From contig CAZHRF010000002.1 of NCBI GenBank assembly GCA_964534625.1, forward strand, positions 1 to 53,195: a DNA stretch of 53,195 nt, given 5' to 3'. Of this stretch, positions 1 to 9,065 are shown piece by piece; the stretch's first letter is position 1; each line of letters begins with the position of its first letter. Below the pieces are notes generated by a model. It was not told the origin of the DNA, did not search any database, and saw only the letters and a list, made by a program, of their open reading frames with translations. The position numbers and the translations under genes were made by a program. This DNA comes from an uncultured archaeon. Lineage in GTDB: Archaea; Asgardarchaeota; Heimdallarchaeia; Heimdallarchaeales; Heimdallarchaeaceae.

Positions 1-55
1 GCCTAAGAAGGAACCCAAACCAGAGCCTAAGAAGGAACCCAAACCAGAGCCTAAG
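1..55 (+). repeat. 24-bp coding tandem repeat (PKKEPKPE), at least 2.3 copies, truncated by the window edge
   Basis: GCCTAAGAAGGAACCCAAACCAGA x2 plus GCCTAAG. Confidence 0.9.
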
Positions 56-505
56 CCCAAAAAGAAAAAACAAAAACCACCAGCTCCTAAACCAAAACCA
101 AAAGAATATGATCAAGACAAACTTCCTATAGCTATAAGAAAGCCATTTAATCGTGAGCTAGCTAAAAGATATAAAAAACCCACAATTAAGCCAGATAGAT
201 CTCAAAAAACAAAGAAAAGGCATGAAATAGAAATTAATCAAACCTATGGTATTGTTAGTGATATAGTTCATGATAAACTTGGGCGGTCTGGAAATCGAAC
301 TCTTATTATTTCACTAAGGAAAAAAGGTTATCCCACACCGAGTTATATCGGTAAAAAAGTAAAAATAGAGATGTCAGGAAAAGAGATACGTGGGAAAATA
401 GTCAAAGTTCATGGTAAAGAAAAATCTGATACACCCAGTGTTCTAGTAAGGATGAATAGACCTGTATCACCCCATATTTTACAAAAAAAGGTTGAAATCA
501 TATAA
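2..505 (+). CDS. 5'-truncated protein: Pro/Lys-rich repeat region followed by a ribosomal protein eL33 (L35Ae)-like domain
   Basis: Not in the ORF track. Frame 2 is open from the window edge to TAA at 503-505: PKKEPKPEPKKEPKPE...YGIVSDIVHDKLGRSGNRTLIISL...YIGKKVKIEMSGKEIRGKIVKVHG...VLVRMNRPVSPHILQKKVEII*. The C-terminus resembles archaeal L35Ae (IG+xV...GKI+GKIVxxHG...VxxRF...VEI). Confidence 0.7.
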   Translation, partial: PKKEPKPEPKKEPKPEPKPKKKKQKPPAPKPKPKEYDQDKLPIAIRKPFNRELAKRYKKPTIKPDRSQKTKKRHEIEINQTYGIVSDIVHDKLGRSGNRTLIISLRKKGYPTPSYIGKKVKIEMSGKEIRGKIVKVHGKEKSDTPSVLVRMNRPVSPHILQKKVEII

Positions 506-540
506 TTTTTTTCTTTTTTTCTTTTTCTTTTTCTTTTTCT
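505..540 (+). terminator. oligo-T archaeal terminator
   Basis: Long T/C tract (several T5-T8 runs) immediately after the stop codon. Confidence 0.6.
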
Positions 541-581
541 ATCTCCATAACATTTTTTAGTTAATTCTTTGAGTTAAAACC

Positions 582-947
582 ATGGCAACTAAAAGACAAT
601 ATGAAAAATGGGGGAAATTTTTTGCTATATTTGGAGGCATATTCTTTATTGTAGGTGCAGTAATACTACTAATGGATATGATTCTTGATAGTTTTACTGT
701 CCATCAAGTAATTACCCAAACAATAGTGAGATCAAATTATTTTGTCCAAACAGAAATTATTTTGGTTATAGTTGGTTTTGTACTTGGAGTTCTTTCATTA
801 ATAATTCCTAATACTGAGTTGGGTAATTTTATTAAAGGATTATTATTGCTTGTGTTTGGGATTGCTGGACTAGGTCTGTCTGGTTTATTTGTTTTTATAG
901 GCGGCATGTTGTTTATCATAGCTTCAATGAAAAAAAACAACAGATAA
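582..947 (+). CDS. small multi-pass membrane protein
   Basis: 121 aa with 3-4 hydrophobic Gly-rich segments and basic termini. Confidence 0.8.
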   Translation: MATKRQYEKWGKFFAIFGGIFFIVGAVILLMDMILDSFTVHQVITQTIVRSNYFVQTEIILVIVGFVLGVLSLIIPNTELGNFIKGLLLLVFGIAGLGLSGLFVFIGGMLFIIASMKKNNR

Positions 948-1141
948 CCCTTCCCAATCTTCCATTTTTTTCTGTATCTCTTAAATTATTCAATATTATC
1001 CTCAAATAAAACCTAATTTTTATTTTTTTCATATGTTTTCCACTAGATGAAAGAAAAGTTAGTTTGTATTAATTATTTAGATATTCCAAACAAAAAGAAT
1101 AACTTTTATAGTAGGTTTTGCATTTTATCAATGAAAATACT

Positions 1142-4141
1142 ATGACTGAGGAATCAAGTGAAGACTTATTGACCGACACTTTAATTTTAGGTAAAAATCC
1201 TGATAATGATGAATATATCTCTTTACCTGCAAAAGCTCTTAAAAGACATGTGGCAATTTTTGGACAATCGGGTAGTGGTAAAACAGTAGCCTGTAAAGTT
1301 ATTATTGAAGAAGCAGTAAAAAACGGTATACCCGCAATAATAATTGATCCACAAGGTGATATTTGTTCAATGTCTCAAGTTGCGGAAAGTGAAATATTAG
1401 AAAAATATGGTTTAGATAAAGATTCTTATGAAACTTTTAAAGACAAACTAGAAGTTGTTTTATTGACTCCAGGATCTGAAAAAGGTGTTCCCCTTTCAAT
1501 TAATCCATTAGTTTTGCCTCCAAAAGAACTTGATTACCAAGAAAAAGTTTTAACTCTAGATGGTATAGCAAATAACATTTCAGAAGCATTGGGATACAAA
1601 ATAAGTACTGAAAGAGGAAGAGAAATTCACACATACCTTGTTTCTCTTCTTGAACATTGTATGAAAAATGATATAGAAGTGGAAGATTTTGAACAATTGA
1701 TTGAATTAATTGATTCACCGACAATTCCTTCCAAAGTACAAGGTTTAATAAGTAGTCGTATGAAGAGTTCTTTAATCAAAAATTTACGGTTTCTTACAGT
1801 GGGAGCCAATGCATTAATCTTTAAATTAGGCGCTAAACTCTCTATTCCAAATCTGATAAAGCCAGCCAAAGAAGGAAAAGTAAGACTTTCAATCATTTTT
1901 TTAAATACCTTAACATCACAAAGATTAAAGAAACTCTACATATCAACAATTGCACAAAATCTGTATACATACATATTAACTAATCCCTCAACCGACCCTC
2001 AAATGATATTTTATATAGATGAACTGGCTGGGCTGATTCCACCCTATCCACGAAATCCTCCTACTAAAAAGTGGTTACAATTACTTTTTAGACAAGCAAG
2101 AAAATATGGGTTAGCGTTATTGGTAGCAACACAAAATATCTCTGATGTTGATTACAAAGCATTTGATCAGGTAAAAACATTTCTTTATGGGGGATTCCAA
2201 TCGACACAGAACCGTAAGATTGTTGAAAAAATGTTGGAGAGTTATCCTGAAGCAAGTTACATCGCTGATAAATTAGCTCAATTGAAACAAGGAGAGTTTT
2301 ACTTATTATCTTCTCAATTCTATAAGGAACCCGTTCGTCTAAAAACTAGGTGGTTATATACGACCCATGAGACATTGACTGATAATGATATCGAAAAACT
2401 ATATGACAATCCACCCGAAACATTGGCAGAAGAGGTGGGAGAGTATGTACGATCAGTTGAAACAATGAATTTAGACGAAGTAAGTGATTCTCTCTCTTTA
2501 GATGATTTGGAAGCAGAACTTACTGGTCTAGGTGATATTGACATTAATGGTTCAATTGATGGTGAATGTATCGAGGAAGATGAAGGTACGTATGGTTCTG
2601 ATGATCTAGCTGATTTGCTTCCCGAATTATCCGATCTAAACGAGGGGGAAGTTAAAGATACACAAACAGTCGGAGCCTCAGTTGTTAAAACCGCTGAACA
2701 TAAGACGGCGGCTCCTGAAGTGGAGATAATTGATTTGTCTAAAATTATTAAATCAATGAAAAATCAATATGTAAAGTATGAACCTGTTGATTTTAAATCT
2801 TTAATGGAAACATATTTTGACGATGAAAATATAGGTTATTTGGGAATGGATGATCTCTCTTTGGTTTATGTTCCGTTTCTACTTGTTGAAATGACGATAA
2901 AAGCCAAGAGATATATAATGTTTGAATATGCGGGTAAGAAAAAAGAAGAAAAAATTGAACTAGAATTACCCATTAAACGTTTATTCCCCCTTATTGATAA
3001 AATTTCATTACAAGAAGAAAAAGAAATATGGGGTCTCAAAAAAATTCCTTTACAATCAGAGGAAGTATTTGGTGAGTTAATATCAATCCTACCAATGAAA
3101 AACTTGGGGTCATTATATGCTCCTCGTTCTTCCAATATTCTTCAGATTGAACCCCAAAAGAAAGCATCAAACATATTAGAATCATTTCAAGATGTTCTGC
3201 TTAATGACTATAATTTCTACAAGAGCGAGTGGCAAAAAGTTATAGAACAAAAAATAGACGAAATCGAATATGAAAAAAGAGCAGAAATAATTGATTGGAT
3301 GGGAGAACTCAAAGAAAAAAGAGATAATTTCTTTTCAGAGATACAAGCAAAAAGAGCCAAAGTTAACCAATATAAGAATCAAATTGATAACTCAAAAGCA
3401 ATTTATGCGACGTTAAAACCATTGATGGGAGACAAATTTAAATATAAAAGTCAACGTGACCAGAGTGAATTTCAGAAAGCCAAGAAATATTTAACATATG
3501 GTCCAAAAGTTATTCAAAATTATATCAAAGAACTTGAAACAGACCTTCAAGCGGTTAAAGAAATAGATGACAAACTTAAGAAACCAAACAAGGTTACAAT
3601 CGTACAAAATGTTGATGATATAATTAGTTCAAGAGAGTTTACAATTCCTACTAAAAAAGAATTGGTGGATATTTATGCTGCGATTGTACATATACCTATC
3701 TCTTTAGCGAAGATAGCATTATTAACAAGTAAGGGACAAGAAAATACGTATCATGTTATCGCAGAATCTGCTCTTGGATCGAATATATCTATTGCATGTG
3801 ATACTTGTTTGGATAAAAAGGCTAAAAAAATGAACTTTGTTACAACTCCTAATACATGTAGTGTATGTGAAAGAGTCATTTGTTATGATCATATAATATT
3901 AGAGTCCACTAGTAACAAAAAATTATGTTCAAAACATGCTCGGATATGTTCTATTTGTAAAAGAATTGTCTCCTCTGAAACGATAGAACAATGTGATTTT
4001 TGTAGAAACGTGTTATGTACTGAACATACCGAAAAATGTTCAGAGTGTGGGAAAATCATTTGTAAAGATCATACAACAAAAAAAGTAAAAAAAGGATTGT
4101 TTAAATCTGAAACGCTTTATCTTTGTCCAAAACATAGCTAA
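1142..4141 (+). CDS. HerA/FtsK-family (DUF87/DUF853-like) ATPase with acidic linker, coiled coil and C-terminal Cys/His zinc-finger repeats
   Basis: Walker A GQSGSGKT, IIIDPQGD, Walker B FYIDE, RQARKYG..LVATQ motif. C-terminus has repeated CxxC...CxxH units. ATG 1142 preferred over TTG 1118. Confidence 0.85.
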   Translation: MTEESSEDLLTDTLILGKNPDNDEYISLPAKALKRHVAIFGQSGSGKTVACKVIIEEAVKNGIPAIIIDPQGDICSMSQVAESEILEKYGLDKDSYETFKDKLEVVLLTPGSEKGVPLSINPLVLPPKELDYQEKVLTLDGIANNISEALGYKISTERGREIHTYLVSLLEHCMKNDIEVEDFEQLIELIDSPTIPSKVQGLISSRMKSSLIKNLRFLTVGANALIFKLGAKLSIPNLIKPAKEGKVRLSIIFLNTLTSQRLKKLYISTIAQNLYTYILTNPSTDPQMIFYIDELAGLIPPYPRNPPTKKWLQLLFRQARKYGLALLVATQNISDVDYKAFDQVKTFLYGGFQSTQNRKIVEKMLESYPEASYIADKLAQLKQGEFYLLSSQFYKEPVRLKTRWLYTTHETLTDNDIEKLYDNPPETLAEEVGEYVRSVETMNLDEVSDSLSLDDLEAELTGLGDIDINGSIDGECIEEDEGTYGSDDLADLLPELSDLNEGEVKDTQTVGASVVKTAEHKTAAPEVEIIDLSKIIKSMKNQYVKYEPVDFKSLMETYFDDENIGYLGMDDLSLVYVPFLLVEMTIKAKRYIMFEYAGKKKEEKIELELPIKRLFPLIDKISLQEEKEIWGLKKIPLQSEEVFGELISILPMKNLGSLYAPRSSNILQIEPQKKASNILESFQDVLLNDYNFYKSEWQKVIEQKIDEIEYEKRAEIIDWMGELKEKRDNFFSEIQAKRAKVNQYKNQIDNSKAIYATLKPLMGDKFKYKSQRDQSEFQKAKKYLTYGPKVIQNYIKELETDLQAVKEIDDKLKKPNKVTIVQNVDDIISSREFTIPTKKELVDIYAAIVHIPISLAKIALLTSKGQENTYHVIAESALGSNISIACDTCLDKKAKKMNFVTTPNTCSVCERVICYDHIILESTSNKKLCSKHARICSICKRIVSSETIEQCDFCRNVLCTEHTEKCSECGKIICKDHTTKKVKKGLFKSETLYLCPKHS

Positions 4142-4150
4142 TATCTGGAA

Positions 4151-4744
4151 GTGATAATAATCGGTAGATATAATAGACAAAAAAGTAGACCTTTAGTAAT
4201 ATTATTAGCTGGGCTTCCGGGTACAGGGAAGTCTACTATAGCTAGACGAGTTATGAAACGGTATAATTTAGAACACATAAGTACAGATTCTGTACGGAAA
4301 AGAATTTTCCGTAATGTAAAAGAATCTCAATTTGGAAAAGGTCATTATACTGAAAATAATAGGGTAATCGTCTATGATACTATCTTTTATGTTCTTTATA
4401 CGCTCCTTAGAAATGGAGTTGGGTGTGTATTGGATGGTACATTTTATCTTTCTAGGTTAAGAACAAAAGTTAAAAGAATTTGTGAAAGATTTAATGCACG
4501 GTTCATCTTGGTTCATGTAACTTGTCCTGAGGAAGTCATTGTAAAAAGGTTCAAAGAAAGACAAAAAAGACAAAGAAGAACACTTAGTGATGCTAACTTA
4601 GAGATTTATAGGCGTCTAAAAAGCGAATTCGAACCCATAATGATCCCGTACCTTAGTGTTGATGTAAGAGATGGAAGAGATAAAATTCTTGAGTTGATAC
4701 ATGAAAAAGTGAGAGAACAAACCTATTCAACACGAAGGTACTAA
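4151..4744 (+). CDS. P-loop kinase (AAA_33 / predicted kinase family)
   Basis: AGLPGTGKST, STDSVRK, VLDGTF, RxxxR lid, SDA motif. Lies 9 bp after the ATPase. Confidence 0.85.
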   Translation: MIIIGRYNRQKSRPLVILLAGLPGTGKSTIARRVMKRYNLEHISTDSVRKRIFRNVKESQFGKGHYTENNRVIVYDTIFYVLYTLLRNGVGCVLDGTFYLSRLRTKVKRICERFNARFILVHVTCPEEVIVKRFKERQKRQRRTLSDANLEIYRRLKSEFEPIMIPYLSVDVRDGRDKILELIHEKVREQTYSTRRY

Positions 4745-4797
4745 AGAATATTCCCTCCTATCTTTTTGAATAAAAAATGAACCAAGGAAATTTTTTT

Positions 4798-4897
4798 CAT
4801 GAACTTTACAGTTCATGGTTGTGCACTTTTCAACACTAGTTTTGTTTGTCTTAGAAGTACTTTTGGTTGTCAGGTGCGATGAACTCTAAGGTGTATG
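4798..4897 (-). mobile_element. ~100-bp dispersed double-palindrome element (MITE/REPIN-like), copy 1
   Basis: Ends CATGAAC-TTTACA-GTTCATG and GATGAAC-TCTAAG-GTGTATG, flanked by T7/T6. Aligns end to end with 14531-14629. Confidence 0.8.
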
Positions 4898-4949
4898 TTT
4901 TTTATCATAATTTCAACATAGTATATAAAACATGAAAAGTAAGAAAATT

Positions 4950-4985
4950 AAAAAAAAACCTCGCGGGTGACAAGTCACCTATCCC
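4950..4985 (-). terminator. hairpin plus poly-T, possible terminator downstream of 5047..5649
   Basis: GGTGAC-AA-GTCACC inverted repeat followed on the minus strand by a T9 run. Confidence 0.4.
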
Positions 4986-5046
4986 AAAGTAAGCTTTTTG
5001 ATCTCAAGAAAATAAAAAAGTTACAAAAGAAATAAAGCAACTCTCT

Positions 5047-5649
5047 CTATATATTAAGAAATTCTATAGGTTGAAACATAAAGGCAAATAGAATTGACAT
5101 ATATACAGCTAGTAATAAGGTTAATAATCCAGCTGTTAATGATGGAGCTAACTGAGGAATTCTTTTTTCACCAGGTCGGATATCAGTCTCTATATGTTCT
5201 CCAGTAGCTTCGTCTAAAGCTTTACCAACACCCATCTCTTTAACTATTCTTTCTTTGCGTTTCTTTTGAACTTCCATTTTAACGTCATAAAAATTAGGGG
5301 ATTTACCGATAATTTTACGCAAAATATAGATGGCAATTGCTTCTAACAAATCTAGAGAATAGGATATTCCGTATATAAAAGCTGTCCCTCCGATTAAGTA
5401 GAGAAAGATTATTGTGGTGTTAAGGGATGAGTTATTAATCCCTGCTCCAAATATTATCCCAGTTAACATTGCTGCTGCCCACATCATAGAAGCAATTAAT
5501 GCTGATGATAGGGGCATTTCTAATACCTTATCATAAAATATGTCCCAGCGAGATACTGTAAAAACGTACCCGCAATGACTACATCTGAACTGTTTTTCTC
5601 CTTCTTGCTCAATATCGTCTAATTTACAAAATTTACATTGCATAGTCAC
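5047..5649 (-). CDS. membrane protein with N-terminal zinc ribbon
   Basis: CKFC...CSHC at the N-terminus, then about 3 hydrophobic helices. Confidence 0.8.
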   Translation of the reverse strand: MTMQCKFCKLDDIEQEGEKQFRCSHCGYVFTVSRWDIFYDKVLEMPLSSALIASMMWAAAMLTGIIFGAGINNSSLNTTIIFLYLIGGTAFIYGISYSLDLLEAIAIYILRKIIGKSPNFYDVKMEVQKKRKERIVKEMGVGKALDEATGEHIETDIRPGEKRIPQLAPSLTAGLLTLLLAVYMSILFAFMFQPIEFLNI

Positions 5650-5740
5650 TACACCTATTTCTTATTGTGTTTTTTATTCGTATATTTATAATCTTTATGT
5701 TGTGGTTTGCTTTATAAACCACATGATAGTTCTAAGATTA

Positions 5741-6685
5741 CTAAACTATTGTGTCTATAAACCTTTCTAGTTTTTCTTTGCTTTGTTCCAAAGAATTAGA
5801 AGAAGAAAATATTTGTTTTATTTCCTTGGAAATAACGTGACTTAAACGTCTGGCTTCTGGAAGATTTTTTTCGTTTCTAAAGGCAATTGCTGTTAAAAAA
5901 TTATTTTCTTCAGATAGTAAGAAGTAACAGTCTTTTATTATTAAGACTTTAACCTCTTCTTTTCCGAGGATCTCGTTACTAAAACTACTTGTTGCACTTA
6001 GGAAACCAGAAAATAACTCTGTGTGTTCTCTCTTCTGAGAAGTGATGTTATAAGGGTCATAGGAATACAATAATCTACCTTCTTTGGTGCCAATAATTAT
6101 AGCATCAGGTTTATCTGTAAAATCTAGAATTGCTTGTTCAACCTTAGAAGAAAACCATCGTAAAGCATAGTTTATGTTGGTACCTTTGCGAATTGAGGTC
6201 TTAAAACATTTAAAAGTTATATTAGGATAATTGGTCATTTTATTTAAATCAAATTTATTGATGACCTCTTCCAAACTAACCGATTTTTTAAGATCAGATT
6301 TATTTGCTAGGAAGAGAATAACTTTATTCATATAATTGTCTTCTAACCATTCATCGATTATTTTCCAATACCAATAAGCAGATTCTTCTATGTCTCCAGC
6401 TTTGGATGTATCGTGAATGTATATAATTCCAACAGATGTTTTGATGTATGAACGCCATAAAGTATCGCGATAAACATCTTGACCCGAAATGTCAAAAACA
6501 TGACACGATAAATTACCAATAGATACTCGCTCAAAATCAAGAGCAATGGTTGGTTGGGGTCTATGAAATTTACCGTCTTTAAGATATTCGACTAATGTTG
6601 TTTTTCCAACCCAAGGAAGGCCTAGAATAACTATGGGGACACCTTCTTTTGATAGATTAACAATATCTGGAACAGAATTATTCAT
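5741..6685 (-). CDS. Arf/Sar-like small GTPase fused to a C-terminal longin/roadblock-like domain
   Basis: G1 GLPWVGKTT, G2 PTI, G3 DISGQ, G4 NKSD, G5 TSI. C-terminal IIIGTKEGRLLYSY...LFSGFLSATSSFSNEI pattern is typical of Asgard longin-like domains. Confidence 0.85.
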   Translation of the reverse strand: MNNSVPDIVNLSKEGVPIVILGLPWVGKTTLVEYLKDGKFHRPQPTIALDFERVSIGNLSCHVFDISGQDVYRDTLWRSYIKTSVGIIYIHDTSKAGDIEESAYWYWKIIDEWLEDNYMNKVILFLANKSDLKKSVSLEEVINKFDLNKMTNYPNITFKCFKTSIRKGTNINYALRWFSSKVEQAILDFTDKPDAIIIGTKEGRLLYSYDPYNITSQKREHTELFSGFLSATSSFSNEILGKEEVKVLIIKDCYFLLSEENNFLTAIAFRNEKNLPEARRLSHVISKEIKQIFSSSNSLEQSKEKLERFIDTIV

Positions 6686-6707
6686 GTTTTTCCTCTACTT
6701 TTTTGGG

Positions 6708-8990
6708 TCACATATGCAAGATTAAGTAATCTAAAACGCTCACAAACTCTTTATATGGCACATCTTTCCTTTTTCTTCTATCTTCAACACTTCTAGCATT
6801 CTCTTGACAGAAAAGAGCCATACTATAAACAATCTTATGAAGATCTTCTCTTTTTCCGAGAAGCTCAATAACCCCGCCTAATATGTCACTAATCTCATAT
6901 AATTCACTTTTAGCTTCATTGTAATGATTAGCCGATTTTAAGTGTTCCTTCAGCATAGCATTTAATTCAGCTAAAATAATAGATTTAATAGCTTTAAACA
7001 TCTTTTTAGTAGCAGGAATAAAAGCCATTCTACGATCTATAAAGTCCCAATTAACTTCATTACCTTTTATAGAAACATCACGTTTCATTGAAATGAGCTC
7101 TTGGGTGTCAATCTCCATTAAATCAAGTAGTTCAACAAAATCAGACATATCTTTAAATTGATTCTCGACTGATTCTATAATAAACTCGGGAGGTTTTTCT
7201 AATCGTGAATAAAAGGAGATTATTTCTGAAAAGACTTCACGTACTTTTTTGTGATAAGACTCTTGGATACCAAGGAGTGCCAAATTGGTTTCTGTAATCA
7301 TCCCAGTAATCTTGGTTTCAATAAGGCGGTTGTTTAATAATTCTTCCATTTCTTTATTATCTATCTCTTTAAGATTCTTACTGGCCTTTTTAGCAGCATA
7401 GTGTGCTTTGGCACGTAAAATGAGATCCAACACAATATTACTATCAGCATACAAATAGATCTTGTTTTCAGCCAATAAAGATTGAAGATAGTCTCTCATT
7501 GAATGAACTCTATGTAAAACTTTGATTTTTTGTTCAAGGAAGGCAGGTAAGAGTTCTATGGCTCTTTCTACGGAAGATAATTTTTTATTTATCGATGTAA
7601 TCTGCTGATAACTCAAACTAGGATTATCATCATTAACTCTTAAAGTCTTTAAACTCATTTCATCGAGTATTGATGAAAGAACGTTTAAAGAATAGCTAAA
7701 CTGAGATAAAACCATATCAATCAGTTTTAGAGGAGAATAATCTCTGTCCAGTAAAGATTCCAGTAAATGAGTAGCTGAAGCATAATTAACGCCAACACCA
7801 TATAAATAAGGAGAAGTTATATTAGATTGCTTTTTATCCAACGCAGCAACAATATTTACGCAAGATTTGAGTGCACCTTCTCTGTCGTTATTAGACAAGC
7901 ATTTAAAGGTTTGATTATAATAAATAGCTAAACGGGAAAGTCTTGCTAAGCCTTTTACTTGTTTTAAATCCAAATCAACAATCTTGTTAATATCGATAGG
8001 AATAGAAGAAGCTTGTCCCAGGTGTTTGTGGATCTCAACCATCTTTTCAAGGGTATAATCTAAATAGATAGCATGATGTTTTAAATCACCAGATTCCAAA
8101 GCATATTCTGCTAGGTTTTTATAGTGATTTGATAAGAAGTAATTAATCTGGGCGTTAACCAAAGGAAGGAAAACATTTTCAATTTTCATTGCTTGCTTAC
8201 CTAAATCACCTGGGATGTCAGACCATAATTCAATTACAGATTCAAAATGTTCTTTTGCGTGATCTACAATGGATAGCTGAGAAATAGGATCAGACCACCA
8301 AAAATCCTTGGCAGATTGTTCTGCTATCTCAACAATGTGAGAGAGAAGAGTTTCACCTTGTAAGCGATCGTAATCGCCAATCTTGGATAAAATAGCAGGA
8401 TCTTCTTTTGCGTTGGGGAGATTGTATAAAGTGGGGATTAACCTTTTTTTATGTTCAAGATGTAATAAAGGACGCAAAATCTTTAGTAAATCTTTTTTAG
8501 TGGGATTGGGCGTTAATGATTGGTGTTCTTTAATAGGCGGTAACTCATCATCAATGATACGATAAAGAATTGTATCAAGAGTTTCTTTGGCTTGAATATA
8601 ATAGGTATATACCTCGTCTTCAGGTTCATAATCAAAAACGCCATTATTACGTACTTGACTATAGACATAAGATAAAATTGATAATTTTAACTGAAAATCT
8701 GTCAAAGATATCATTTGATTGGCAATGGGACCATGTAAAAGAGTATGTAGGGGTATGGGATTGTCTTTATCCTCAGTAGTACGAGCATTAGACAATCGGT
8801 TAAATGCCATGGATGCTAAATTGTTAATAGAGGAAAGATTCTTAGAACAAGATTCGGCAAATTCAATCCATTTTGAAGAGATTTCTTGGGGCTCGTCCAA
8901 TTTGGTAAACTCAATGTATAGTTCATCGCGTTCCATTTCCATTTCAACAAACTTGTTGAAAATACGAGTTTCGAGTAAGGATAAATGCAT
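6708..8990 (-). CDS. large alpha-helical (solenoid/TPR-like) hypothetical protein
   Basis: 760-aa ORF, amphipathic helical pattern, no catalytic motif recognised. Ends 22 bp upstream of the GTPase. Alternative ATG at 8942. Confidence 0.75.
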   Translation of the reverse strand: MHLSLLETRIFNKFVEMEMERDELYIEFTKLDEPQEISSKWIEFAESCSKNLSSINNLASMAFNRLSNARTTEDKDNPIPLHTLLHGPIANQMISLTDFQLKLSILSYVYSQVRNNGVFDYEPEDEVYTYYIQAKETLDTILYRIIDDELPPIKEHQSLTPNPTKKDLLKILRPLLHLEHKKRLIPTLYNLPNAKEDPAILSKIGDYDRLQGETLLSHIVEIAEQSAKDFWWSDPISQLSIVDHAKEHFESVIELWSDIPGDLGKQAMKIENVFLPLVNAQINYFLSNHYKNLAEYALESGDLKHHAIYLDYTLEKMVEIHKHLGQASSIPIDINKIVDLDLKQVKGLARLSRLAIYYNQTFKCLSNNDREGALKSCVNIVAALDKKQSNITSPYLYGVGVNYASATHLLESLLDRDYSPLKLIDMVLSQFSYSLNVLSSILDEMSLKTLRVNDDNPSLSYQQITSINKKLSSVERAIELLPAFLEQKIKVLHRVHSMRDYLQSLLAENKIYLYADSNIVLDLILRAKAHYAAKKASKNLKEIDNKEMEELLNNRLIETKITGMITETNLALLGIQESYHKKVREVFSEIISFYSRLEKPPEFIIESVENQFKDMSDFVELLDLMEIDTQELISMKRDVSIKGNEVNWDFIDRRMAFIPATKKMFKAIKSIILAELNAMLKEHLKSANHYNEAKSELYEISDILGGVIELLGKREDLHKIVYSMALFCQENARSVEDRRKRKDVPYKEFVSVLDYLILHM

Positions 8991-9065
8991 AAATAAAAGA
9001 TAAGTGAAGACATTTAAAATTGTATCGTACGAAAATTTTTATCGTGTCATGTTTTAAAATAAGCT

